Origin: a virus
Taxonomy: Duplodnaviria; Caudoviricetes
Reading direction: 5' to 3' (one strand)
IMG/VR virus record: IMGVR_UViG_3300027963_000094
Coordinates: 1 to 54,978 of that record
Length of the DNA stretch: 54,978 nucleotides
The position numbers and the translations under genes are program-made. Under the pieces are notes generated by a model, which was not told the DNA's origin, searched no databases, and saw nothing but the letters and a program-made list of their open reading frames with translations. Of this stretch, positions 19,403 to 28,040 are shown piece after piece (position 1 is the first letter of the stretch; every line of letters begins with the position of its first letter).

Positions 19403-21490
19403 TCAGAAACTACCATTTTGCTCCAATTCACGCTGCAGTGCGTCCTCTGTTCTCGTGACAACCTGTGACCAAGTCGGCTCGACCCTTCGAGCTAATGTTA
19501 CCTCAGACGTGATAAACGTGGTGTAGCGTGAAGGTTTACCATGCACTTTTATGAGCTTACTTGGATCAATTGTCCCTTGCGGTTGCAAAGCCTTACGTAT
19601 GTATTGCGCTTTGGCTCGGCTATCGTGGCCCCAACGCTCACATAAAACCTGCAGCTGGGGCGCGGTGAACGCCGCCATCCCTTCAAGGTGATCATTGACC
19701 CAAGCTTTAAGCTCTAATGCAAAAGCTTCAAGTGGAGTCTTGGAAAGCTGGATCGCAGTCTCACGATACTGAGTCTTTGGTGCAGCTTGCTTGCAATCAA
19801 AGCCAGATATATCACGATTCATGTACCAGTTAAGCATGATGCCAAAGCCCTGCTGCGCCTTGGCCCAGCGCATTAAAGCCACGACCTTGGGATGTGTTTC
19901 TTGGTTGGACAAGCTAGCCGGACTATAGATAGCTTCACGCCTTGCGGTATCCCCCATGTGCGTGACGTAGCTCTTATTTGTCGTGAATACGAAGTTGATG
20001 TAGTTGGTGATGGCGTACTGAGCGCCGTACTTATTGTTGATGGTGAGCTCATTAGATGTGATGTAGTTCTTAAGCTTCGCCGAGTGGTCATCACGATCAG
20101 ACGATGGTTCGTTCACGACTATGAAGATCTTACCCTTTAACATGCCGTTGAAGTTGCCAAATAGCTCATCAGGCCCGATGATAGCAGCAGGCCCGCCGTC
20201 CCCAATGCCTAGCATCTCGGCTATAAACTCGGCGATGGCTGATTTGCCGATGCCCTCAATGGAAGAAGCAAACTGCGGTGTGGTGTAGTTCCTTCTCCAT
20301 GGGAATTGTACAACATTGGCCACCCAGTTATGCCAGTAGTCGGCAAAAGCAGGCTCATCACGAAAGAAGTATTGGCAAAACTCAAGGTAAGGTGTAGGAT
20401 CACCCACGGTAGGCTCGTTGGACCAGTTCTTGAACAGGTTGTAATGCCTTGTCGGGGTGATAGTAAGCCCTTGATACTCGGGAAACATGCCTACGCCATC
20501 CAGATCACACCGCTTTGCCCAGTCCTTATAGGCATCCAAGATGTAGATGGTCTTGCTACTGGTGCCACCATTAGGCCGCTGTGTAACTTGCACGAAGTAA
20601 TCCTGCGCTGCGTCTATACGAGCCTTGTTCCAGCCAAGTATTAAGCCGTCTTTGAGTCTGATCACATCGCCGTTGATGAGGGCGTACTGCGTTTTGAACT
20701 CATAAAGCTTGGTTTCCAAAGTGTCGATGCCGTTCATCACCGTGCTAGTGCTGGTGAGGACTTGGCCAAGATTGCCGCCGGCTTGTAGGTGGTCATCAAT
20801 GGCGTACTTGGTGCCCTTACCAGCTCCGAACCTGCCAACACGGCAAAGGTGTACCTCAGCCCCTAGCCCTCGAAGCGTGACAGCAAGCTTGGTTTCGGCC
20901 ATGCCAACCTGTTCATTGGGCTCACCATCCTCGCCTGCTCCATCGTAGTCGAAGACAATATAGACCTTGCGGTGCTTCTCAGCAAAGCTGGTCTTACGCT
21001 GCCAAATGATCTTCATCAGGTCTTTGTGAAGGTGTAAACCAGATTTGTCAGTCCAACTTGTAACACCGGCTAAACCTAATGTGGCGTAGTTAAGGGTGTC
21101 CTTGCTGATTTGCTTGGTAATGGCCCATGTCTTGAACTCACCTTCGGTGATGATGATAGGAACATCTACGTCCTGCGCGACCTGCTTCCAACCTATGGTG
21201 GGTGGAAAGTATACGTGGCTTCCGCTGGCTCGAGCCTGAGAATACTTCATTTTGCCCTTCGGTGTCAGTATCCTGACCCGATTAAAGCCGGTTTCTTGGC
21301 CCAGCATATCAAAATACGGGATTTTGATGCTCCACTCACGAGTGTGGCCTAGTAATTGGTAACATTCCTCGGGGTCAAGCAAAGATAGGCCCAGCGCCTG
21401 TATATCTTTGTCCTCAAATGCCCTTGCCGCTAGGAAGTTAGTGTATAATTCTGTCGGCTGTGTTGTTAGTGCTGCAAAACCTGATGACAT
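19403..21490 (-). CDS. Primase-helicase (TOPRIM DUF3854-like plus SF3/D5-like helicase)
   Basis: TOPRIM motifs IIITEGEFK and VFDYD; Walker A SIEGIGKS; FNG.LKGKIFIVVNE; FVFTTN motif C. Confidence 0.9.
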   Translation of the reverse strand: MSSGFAALTTQPTELYTNFLAARAFEDKDIQALGLSLLDPEECYQLLGHTREWSIKIPYFDMLGQETGFNRVRILTPKGKMKYSQARASGSHVYFPPTIGWKQVAQDVDVPIIITEGEFKTWAITKQISKDTLNYATLGLAGVTSWTDKSGLHLHKDLMKIIWQRKTSFAEKHRKVYIVFDYDGAGEDGEPNEQVGMAETKLAVTLRGLGAEVHLCRVGRFGAGKGTKYAIDDHLQAGGNLGQVLTSTSTVMNGIDTLETKLYEFKTQYALINGDVIRLKDGLILGWNKARIDAAQDYFVQVTQRPNGGTSSKTIYILDAYKDWAKRCDLDGVGMFPEYQGLTITPTRHYNLFKNWSNEPTVGDPTPYLEFCQYFFRDEPAFADYWHNWVANVVQFPWRRNYTTPQFASSIEGIGKSAIAEFIAEMLGIGDGGPAAIIGPDELFGNFNGMLKGKIFIVVNEPSSDRDDHSAKLKNYITSNELTINNKYGAQYAITNYINFVFTTNKSYVTHMGDTARREAIYSPASLSNQETHPKVVALMRWAKAQQGFGIMLNWYMNRDISGFDCKQAAPKTQYRETAIQLSKTPLEAFALELKAWVNDHLEGMAAFTAPQLQVLCERWGHDSRAKAQYIRKALQPQGTIDPSKLIKVHGKPSRYTTFITSEVTLARRVEPTWSQVVTRTEDALQRELEQNGSF

Positions 21491-21521
21491 AGTGCTTTTC
21501 TTTGCAAGTTGCCTACTTTAT

Positions 21522-21556
21522 AAGGGTCTAGACTTACCTCTAGATCCTTTCTTTTT
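21522..21556 (+). terminator. Plus-strand rho-independent terminator (antisense to the primase leader)
   Basis: AAGGGTCTAGA-CTTACC-TCTAGATCCTT followed by TCTTTTT; one pair is G-U on plus but would be A-C on minus. Confidence 0.65.
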
Positions 21557-21870
21557 GCCTGTGTGCAGGCTATATTGAGTGTGGCGGTGCTCGGCCAATG
21601 GTGGCCATGCGTAATGTCAATAGTCATAATGTTCCAATTTATCAATAAAAATCTACCCTGTACGGCAGACGGTGGGGTAAGTAATATACATCAGCTGCGG
21701 TGGCGGTCAAAAGTATTTCTTTTCGGTCTTTTGAGTAACTGTTACCTCGAGAAACAAAAGTATACAGAAGCACTAACTGCTGCAGTTTTTGAAAACACAG
21801 GTATTCAAAAATAAATGCAAAAAAGTTGAAAATAATTGCAAAAACCTGTTTTCAATCACGAGAATGGCTA

Positions 21871-21929
21871 TATAATTCACTTACAGCAACAAACTTCAGA
21901 TTGCTGTAACTTAACTGACTTTTGAAAGG
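21871..21929 (+). promoter_or_regulatory. Early promoter/leader element (TATAATTCAC-hairpin-AACTGACTTTTGAAAGG)
   Basis: TATAAT at 21871; TTACAGCAA/TTGCTGTAA hairpin; 17-nt RBS-containing box shared 16/17 with 33398-33414. Confidence 0.65.
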
Positions 21930-21937
21930 TATTTATC

Positions 21938-22900
21938 ATGGCACACTTAATCGCAAACACAATCTCCGGCAAGGCTGCAATCGCTTACGTTGGTGAAACT
22001 CCATGGCACGGTCTTGGCCAGCAGTTGACTGCTGACTCATCCATTGAAACATGGGCCGAAGAATCTGGCCTTGACTTCCAATTGGCTACCGCTGATGTGC
22101 AGTTCACTCCTCCAGCCAGTGTGTGGAACGGCTTCAAGGCGCAGGCCCTGCCTTATGACGGCAAGAAAGTAATGTATCGCACAGACAGCAACTTGCCTTT
22201 AGGCTTGGTGTCTAGCCAATACAAGATCGTTCAGCCGATCGAGGTCCTCGAATTCTTCCGCGACATGGTCGGCAATATTGCTCACCTTGAAACAGCCGGC
22301 GTCCTACGCAATGGCGCGCATTACTGGGCCCTCGCCAAGATGGATGGCGAGTTCAACATTGCAGGCGATAAGGTTAACCAATATCTCTTATTGGCTAGCT
22401 CCGCTGATGGCTCTCTGGCCACTCAGGCTCGCCTCACCAGCGTTCGTGTTGTATGTAATAACACTTTGCAGCTGGCACAGCAAAAAGGCAAGGCCAACGT
22501 CAGCGTTCGTCACAACTCCATCTTCCGCCCCGAGGCCATCAAGGCCGAGTTGGCCAACAGCAACGAAACATTCCGCATGTTCGAGCAAACGGCCAAGTTC
22601 TTGGCTTCAATCAAGGTTGGCTCCACACAGGCACAGGCCATCTTCACCAAGATCCTTGGCGGCGATGAAAAGAATCCTTCACGCGCAGCAGCCAGAGCAT
22701 TGGCTCTCTTCGAAGGTGCAGGCATTGGCGCTGAGTTGGAATCAGCCAAAGGCACAGCATGGGGCGCTTTAAATGCCGTCACTCAGCTGATGGATTGGGA
22801 AACAGCTCGCACCGGCGATGCGCGGTTGGCCAATGCTTGGTTTGGCGGCGGTGTGAATGTTAAGCAACAAACTGTTGACGCCCTCTTGGCATTGTCATAA
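21938..22900 (+). CDS. DUF932 family phage/plasmid protein (TIGR03299-like)
   Basis: PWHGLG, YKIVQP.EVLEFF, ETAGVLRNG, VRVVCNNTL and GTAWGALNAVT motifs. Confidence 0.9.
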   Translation: MAHLIANTISGKAAIAYVGETPWHGLGQQLTADSSIETWAEESGLDFQLATADVQFTPPASVWNGFKAQALPYDGKKVMYRTDSNLPLGLVSSQYKIVQPIEVLEFFRDMVGNIAHLETAGVLRNGAHYWALAKMDGEFNIAGDKVNQYLLLASSADGSLATQARLTSVRVVCNNTLQLAQQKGKANVSVRHNSIFRPEAIKAELANSNETFRMFEQTAKFLASIKVGSTQAQAIFTKILGGDEKNPSRAAARALALFEGAGIGAELESAKGTAWGALNAVTQLMDWETARTGDARLANAWFGGGVNVKQQTVDALLALS

Positions 22901-22903
22901 TAT

Positions 22904-22934
22904 TTTTGGGGGTACCTCACACGGCCCCCAAAAT
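22904..22934. terminator. Inverted-repeat terminator-like hairpin after DUF932
   Basis: TTTTGGGGGT...GCCCCCAAAA. Confidence 0.55.
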
Positions 22935-22997
22935 TGTTGTACAATTTAATCTCACGTTACTAGTCCTCCTGTTTTTTTGATTATTGAAAGGTATTGT

Positions 22998-23510
22998 ATG
23001 AACATCTTTTTCTTACACCATCTGCCCAGCATTGCGGCAGTTATGCATTGCGACAAGCATGTCGGCAAAATGCTTATCGAATCATGCCAGCTGCTTGCAA
23101 CTGCGCATCACTTCTACGGCAACGGCGACAAAGTATCCTATCGCCCCACGCATGCCAATCACCCCTCAGCCGTCTGGGTTCGCGAATCACGGTTGCATTA
23201 CAACTGGGTCAGCGATCTTGCACGTTTCCTTGGCCGTGAATTCAAGTACCGCTATGGCCACGGCCACAAAAGCAATGATGTACTACACGCCGAATTATTA
23301 GTGTGCCCCGAGGCCATGCTCATGCTTCCTACCAAATGGTCTCCACCTACATTGGCAATGCCCGATGAATTCAAAAGCAACGACCACGTCGCATCATATC
23401 GTCGCTATTACGCTAGCAAAATTGCTACCATGCCGCTTGTGTACAACAAAGGCAAAGACCAGCAGCCATTGTGGTTGCAAGACTTACTCAACCAAGTGGA
23501 GGCCGTATGA
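22998..23510 (+). CDS. Pyrimidine-dimer DNA glycosylase family protein (DenV-like)
   Basis: MNIFFL...HCDKHVGKMLIESCQLL...YRPTHANHPSAVWVRES...AMPDEFK...SYRRYY; ATG at 22998 after GAAAGG. Confidence 0.8.
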   Translation: MNIFFLHHLPSIAAVMHCDKHVGKMLIESCQLLATAHHFYGNGDKVSYRPTHANHPSAVWVRESRLHYNWVSDLARFLGREFKYRYGHGHKSNDVLHAELLVCPEAMLMLPTKWSPPTLAMPDEFKSNDHVASYRRYYASKIATMPLVYNKGKDQQPLWLQDLLNQVEAV

Positions 23511-23959
23511 CTAAAACTGTAACCATCCCTCTTATCGAGCTGCAGGAAATCTACCAAGGCCTTGAGGCTTTTGTCATTGACGCACCTGCTGATGCCATTG
23601 TCTTGGCGTCGTGGAAAGAGCAATTGGAATTGCGCATGGCAGCAGCACGCGCCCTTGGCCACCTCAGCGCATACGTTATTTACGCAACACCAAAACCTAC
23701 TATGCCAGATGAATACGAATACTCCTTAGATCACTATGGCTTAGACAATTGGCAAGCCGAGTGGGGTGATGGTGATATTGAACGCGACATTGTTGTTATG
23801 TATACCCCTACGCATCGCGGTTTTGACTACTGCGTTTTAATGGATGGCAATGACATTACAGCAACGCTTAACCCAGCCAACCGCAATGCGTATGAGGCGC
23901 ACATGTCAAAAGAATGCGCAGCCCGCGCTGCAACAGCAAATGATTATGCATATGACTAA
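23507..23959 (+). CDS. Hypothetical protein
   Basis: ATG at 23507 overlaps the previous stop; GGAGG RBS; 150 aa. Confidence 0.7.
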   Translation: MTKTVTIPLIELQEIYQGLEAFVIDAPADAIVLASWKEQLELRMAAARALGHLSAYVIYATPKPTMPDEYEYSLDHYGLDNWQAEWGDGDIERDIVVMYTPTHRGFDYCVLMDGNDITATLNPANRNAYEAHMSKECAARAATANDYAYD

Positions 23960-24359
23960 TTCAGAAAAGGTATTGGCATTCCGTCGCAAGATGGGTTTGC
24001 CAATCTCCACTACACCTACTCTGCTCTCGTCTGAGCAGGCCAGTTACTTTGCTCGCTTCATCATGGAAGAGCTTAGTGAATACCTTCGTGCTTGCGAGGA
24101 GAATAGCCTTGTTGATGCTGCTGATGCTTTGGTCGATCTTGTCTACGTCACCATGGGTTGCAGCCATGCTATGGGGTTACCTTTTGACCAGCTTTTTAAT
24201 GTGGTACACGAAGCAAACATGAACAAAGAACCAGCCAATGATTACATTAGGTCATTGCGCGGCTCACAATACGACGTCATCAAGCCCATGGGTTGGCAAG
24301 CCCCTGAGGCCATGATGTTGGCCATCATACAAACAGAACAACAGAAAGCAAAGCCATGA
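23952..24359 (+). CDS. All-alpha NTP pyrophosphatase (MazG/PRA-PH/dUTPase-dCTPase-like)
   Basis: MEELSEY...DAADALVDLVYV..G...VHEANMNK...KPMGWQAP pattern. Confidence 0.85.
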   Translation: MTNSEKVLAFRRKMGLPISTTPTLLSSEQASYFARFIMEELSEYLRACEENSLVDAADALVDLVYVTMGCSHAMGLPFDQLFNVVHEANMNKEPANDYIRSLRGSQYDVIKPMGWQAPEAMMLAIIQTEQQKAKP

Positions 24360-24721
24360 ACATTAAAGAATTGATTGATGATTACGTTGCAACTAAAAAT
24401 GCGCGTGAAGAACTTTCTACTACAATCAAAGACATGACGGCCAAGCTCGGTCGCCTTGAAGGTGACATCATGGCCCTTATGTCTGATGCAGGCATTAGCC
24501 AAGCGGCATCCGATAAAGCATCATGCTCTATGAAAATGACCAAGCACCCTGCCATCAAAGATTGGCAAGCTTTTTACGGCTATGTCGCACAGACAAGCCA
24601 ATTCGAATTGCTGCATAAGCGGCTTTCCTCAACAGCCTTCCGTGAGCGGTGGGAAGCTGGTGAGGCCATCCCCGGGACCGAAGCATCTGAGGTCTGGGAA
24701 CTTACCGTTCGTCGTAAATAA
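24356..24721 (+). CDS. Conserved phage hypothetical protein (coiled coil; DWQAFYGYV...LLHKRLS)
   Basis: 121 aa, translationally coupled, in the replication module. Confidence 0.75.
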   Translation: MNIKELIDDYVATKNAREELSTTIKDMTAKLGRLEGDIMALMSDAGISQAASDKASCSMKMTKHPAIKDWQAFYGYVAQTSQFELLHKRLSSTAFRERWEAGEAIPGTEASEVWELTVRRK

Positions 24722-24747
24722 TCTCTTGTTTAACTTTAAGGAATTGT

Positions 24748-25497
24748 ATGTCTAAGACTACTACACAACTGGCTTTGTTTGAAGACCAGCTCGCCGCATT
24801 GGCCATTGAATCGGTAAAGGCCGAGCAAAGCAGCCTCGCCACTGCATTTCTTTCCACCAAGGGGGGTAACCTCACATACCGTGGTGATGTAATCACTGGC
24901 AACAAGCTGGCCTGCGTCGTATTGGCGGCTCCCATTGAGCGTCTGTACTACAGCAGCCGTTATGATCCTACTAAGGTCACAGGCCCTGATTGCTTTGCAA
25001 TTAGCGCAACGGCAACAGGCATGGCTCCTTCATCCGCATCACCTGCAGTTCAGCATGCAACCTGCGAAGGCTGTCCTAAGAATGAGTGGGGCTCCGCCGC
25101 TAATGGCGGTAAAGGCAAAGCTTGCCGTGAAACACGTCGCCTGCTGCTAATCCCTGCTGATAGCATTGGCAGTGTTGATGCCGTCAAGGCTGCTGAGGTT
25201 GCAGCACTGCGTCCGCCCGTTACCAGCTTAAAGAACTACGCAACATACGCGCAGACTTTGGCTGCAACACTGAAGCGTCCACCGCTTGGTGTGATCAGTG
25301 AAGTTGCTGTTGCACCAGATGCCAAGACACAGTTCAAGGTAGTTTTTAACATGGTCAAGGCTATTGAGGATAACGCTGTCATTGGCGCATTGATTGAGCG
25401 TGCCAAGACAGAAGTGCAAAAGGCAATTGACTCAGCCGGTGCTGTTAACGAAGAAGTTGATGCCGCCGTAGCTGTGGATGGCAATCCAAAGTACTAA
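24748..25497 (+). CDS. Putative ssDNA-binding / annealing protein
   Basis: 249 aa; PDCFA...CEGCPKNEWGS...GKGKACRETRRL motif; directly upstream of the DNA polymerase. Confidence 0.6.
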   Translation: MSKTTTQLALFEDQLAALAIESVKAEQSSLATAFLSTKGGNLTYRGDVITGNKLACVVLAAPIERLYYSSRYDPTKVTGPDCFAISATATGMAPSSASPAVQHATCEGCPKNEWGSAANGGKGKACRETRRLLLIPADSIGSVDAVKAAEVAALRPPVTSLKNYATYAQTLAATLKRPPLGVISEVAVAPDAKTQFKVVFNMVKAIEDNAVIGALIERAKTEVQKAIDSAGAVNEEVDAAVAVDGNPKY

Positions 25498-25500
25498 AGC

Positions 25501-25531
25501 GCTGGGGGAAAGCCTACGGCAAGTACCCCGC
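25501..25531 (+). ncRNA. Structured cis-RNA hairpin with a GAA/AGUA (loop E-like) internal loop upstream of the polymerase
   Basis: GGGG-GAAA-GCC-TAC-GGC-AAGTA-CCCC; no U-tract follows. Confidence 0.45.
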
Positions 25532-25538
25532 CTTCATT

Positions 25539-27359
25539 ATGAAACCTGTTTATCTTGATTTTGAAACAATGGCTATTGGCCCACGGCCGGAGTATCCTCC
25601 GGTGCCAGTTGGCTTGGCCGTCTACGACCCTGAAGGTGAATACCCAGATGGCTACCACGCCTTTGGCCACCTCACAGGCAATAACACAACGCAAGCAGCT
25701 GTCAAAGCTATGATGGAGTTGATCTATGATAGTGGACGCGACATCTGTTTTCATAACGCTATGTTTGACCTTGATGTTGCTGAAACTCATTTGGATGTAC
25801 CCATCCCACAGGACACCACGCGTGTACATGATACTCTTATTCTTGCTTTTCTCCACGATCCTCACGTTCAGTCTTTATCTCTAAAAGACTTGGTTGTTAC
25901 TTGGAGCTTGGATATCCCTAACGAAAGGGATGAGCTGAAGGAGTGGATCCTTGCTAATGTAGATGAGGCACGTCGTAAAAAGTCTACATGGGGCGCATAC
26001 ATTTCTCGTGGCCCCGTGGAATTGGTAGGCAAATACGCCGCAGCTGACGTACGGCTTACAAGCAAGCTTTATGAGTATCTCATCGAGCAGGTTTTACCCG
26101 CACAGCAGGAGGCTTACCACCGTGAGGTGGCTTTGATTCCAATGTTACTTGAAAACTCCCGGTTAGGAGTAAGGGTTGATCGAGTCGGTTTGCAAAAAGC
26201 AAAAGAGCAAGCAGTAATAGATATTGAAAAGTGTAATGTTTGGGTTCGCGCATTGTTAGGTTCTCCTGAGTTGAATCTTGACAGCGATAAAGAGCTGGTC
26301 AATAGTATTTATCCCACAGAATACTGGATCAAAGATAATGGGTGGCCTACCACGGATAAGGGCCAACCTAGGGCAGACAAGGAAACCTTTGAAGAACTAA
26401 TCACCCATACGGAGTTAAAAGATGTCCTCAGATATAGAGCCAACCTATCAACATGTTTGTCAACTTTCATTGAGCCCTGGTTACAAGCTTCTGCATCTAC
26501 AGGTCGAATCTACACAAACTGGAACAGTGTACGAGGTGAGCGTGGGGGTACACGAACCGGCCGACTCTCCTCAACACCCAACTTTCAAAATGCGCCTGTC
26601 CGTTACCCGAAAGTTGGGATCCCACCCGACTTGGATGTGGCAACCCTCCCACTCATCCGCAGCTTCATCCTAGCCGATGAAGGTCATAAGCTAATTGCAT
26701 GTGACTTTAACGCTCAGGAGTTGCGTATCTTTGCGCACTTTGAAGGCGGTGCATTGATGCAGCAGTATCAAGCCGATGCTCGTGCTGATCTGCATACTTA
26801 CGCAGCAAAGATGATGACTGAGGCCAGTGGCCGTGAGGTGTCAAGGACTTACTCCAAAGGCGTATCATTTGCTATTCTTTACGGCGCAGGCCCTAAGAAA
26901 ATCAGTGAAATGCTGGAGATAGACTATGAAATGGCAAAGACATTGGTGGATACATATACCACCGCGGTGGCTCCGGGCCTCAAGACAATGCAGACCACCA
27001 TGCGGACAAGGTATAAATTGAACCAACCATTGAAAACCATTGGCGGGCGTCTAATCAAGATGGAACCGCCTAAGATTATCAATGGCAGGTTAAGAGAGTT
27101 TGACTACAAAGGGGTTAACCTTTTGATTCAAGGCTCTGCGGCTGATCAGGCCAAGGCCGCCATGCTGCTGTACCAAAGCAAACGTCAAGGCAGCAGGCTT
27201 TTGCTTAGTGTTCATGATGAGTTGGTTATCTCAGCTCCGGAAGAGCATGTGGTTCGTGAGGCTGAATGCCTAACATGGTCTATGTGCAATGCAATAACAA
27301 TGGATGTGCCTATGGTTAGTGATTACAAAATTGGTAATACGTATCAGGAGGTCAAATGA
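25539..27359 (+). CDS. polA: Family A DNA polymerase with 3'-5' exonuclease
   Basis: Exo I DFET, Exo II HNAMFD, Exo III YAAAD; TGRLSS; motif A DFNAQELR; motif B KGVSFAILYG (Phe at the E. coli 762-equivalent); motif C VHDE. Confidence 0.95.
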   Translation: MKPVYLDFETMAIGPRPEYPPVPVGLAVYDPEGEYPDGYHAFGHLTGNNTTQAAVKAMMELIYDSGRDICFHNAMFDLDVAETHLDVPIPQDTTRVHDTLILAFLHDPHVQSLSLKDLVVTWSLDIPNERDELKEWILANVDEARRKKSTWGAYISRGPVELVGKYAAADVRLTSKLYEYLIEQVLPAQQEAYHREVALIPMLLENSRLGVRVDRVGLQKAKEQAVIDIEKCNVWVRALLGSPELNLDSDKELVNSIYPTEYWIKDNGWPTTDKGQPRADKETFEELITHTELKDVLRYRANLSTCLSTFIEPWLQASASTGRIYTNWNSVRGERGGTRTGRLSSTPNFQNAPVRYPKVGIPPDLDVATLPLIRSFILADEGHKLIACDFNAQELRIFAHFEGGALMQQYQADARADLHTYAAKMMTEASGREVSRTYSKGVSFAILYGAGPKKISEMLEIDYEMAKTLVDTYTTAVAPGLKTMQTTMRTRYKLNQPLKTIGGRLIKMEPPKIINGRLREFDYKGVNLLIQGSAADQAKAAMLLYQSKRQGSRLLLSVHDELVISAPEEHVVREAECLTWSMCNAITMDVPMVSDYKIGNTYQEVK

Positions 27360-27448
27360 TGACACGCTGGGAAAAGCTTGAAAGGGTTGTGTTTCTGTTA
27401 GGACTTATTGTTGTGTTGATGGATTTGTATGTTTGGAGGCCGCTATGA
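27356..27448 (+). CDS. Small membrane peptide (30 aa)
   Basis: AGGAGG RBS; MMTRWEKLERVVFLLGLIVVLMDLYVWRPL; ATGA overlaps at both ends; below the ORF-track cutoff. Confidence 0.65.
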   Translation: MMTRWEKLERVVFLLGLIVVLMDLYVWRPL

Positions 27449-27663
27449 CTGAAGAAGATGAGGCGTTTAACGAGCTTGAAAAGGCGTTGGGCTGGCGCAA
27501 ACGGCAAATGATTATGAAACAGCTTGACCCTATCTCAAACAAGATCAGAAACGACGCCCTTGAAGAAGTGGCAAAAGAAGTTGACAACTTCAAAGCGTTT
27601 GAAAAAGACACAATGGCAAGCTTTGCCGCATACGTAAGGAGTATGAAAGGTGCCCAGACCTAA
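27445..27663 (+). CDS. Hypothetical protein
   Basis: GGAGG RBS; MTEEDEAFNELE...RNDALEEVAKE. Confidence 0.7.
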   Translation: MTEEDEAFNELEKALGWRKRQMIMKQLDPISNKIRNDALEEVAKEVDNFKAFEKDTMASFAAYVRSMKGAQT

Positions 27664-27838
27664 ACCGCCTGAGCCTTTGATAGGCAGACAAATACGAATG
27701 TCAGATAGACAATTCATTGTTTTTAATCATCTTGGCGGCGCTGAATGGTTAAGACAATTGCTAGATAAAAAAGATCCATTTCCTAAACAATACTATGAAA
27801 AACTAAAAGATGCAAATAATGGAACTAATAAAATATGA
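27650..27838 (+). CDS. Small putative DNA-binding protein (ribbon-helix-helix-like)
   Basis: MPRPKPPEPLIGRQIRMSDRQF...LGGAEWLR. Confidence 0.6.
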   Translation: MPRPKPPEPLIGRQIRMSDRQFIVFNHLGGAEWLRQLLDKKDPFPKQYYEKLKDANNGTNKI

Positions 27839-28040
27839 TCATGAAAAAGGTTGCTTTGTTGCAAAAAGCAATAAACCTACTCATGTGGTAAGCCCCTTTG
27901 AATGGCAAAGCGATCCACGGCCTAGCATCTTTTTGCAAGACCCTAGATTTCGTACACGCAATGGCATGCAGCAAGTAAAGCTTGTTGTTGATAACCCAAA
28001 GCCTTTCTTCCCTTATACTGATACTCTGAAAGACAAGTGA
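27810..28040 (+). CDS. Hypothetical protein
   Basis: 76-aa ORF filling the gap before the nuclease gene. Confidence 0.6.
   Translation: MQIMELIKYDHEKGCFVAKSNKPTHVVSPFEWQSDPRPSIFLQDPRFRTRNGMQQVKLVVDNPKPFFPYTDTLKDK

Noticed and set aside
21563-21814. 83-aa plus-strand ORF in the divergent intergenic region
   Set aside because: GTG start without an RBS, no recognisable motif, and it overlaps probable regulatory sequence.
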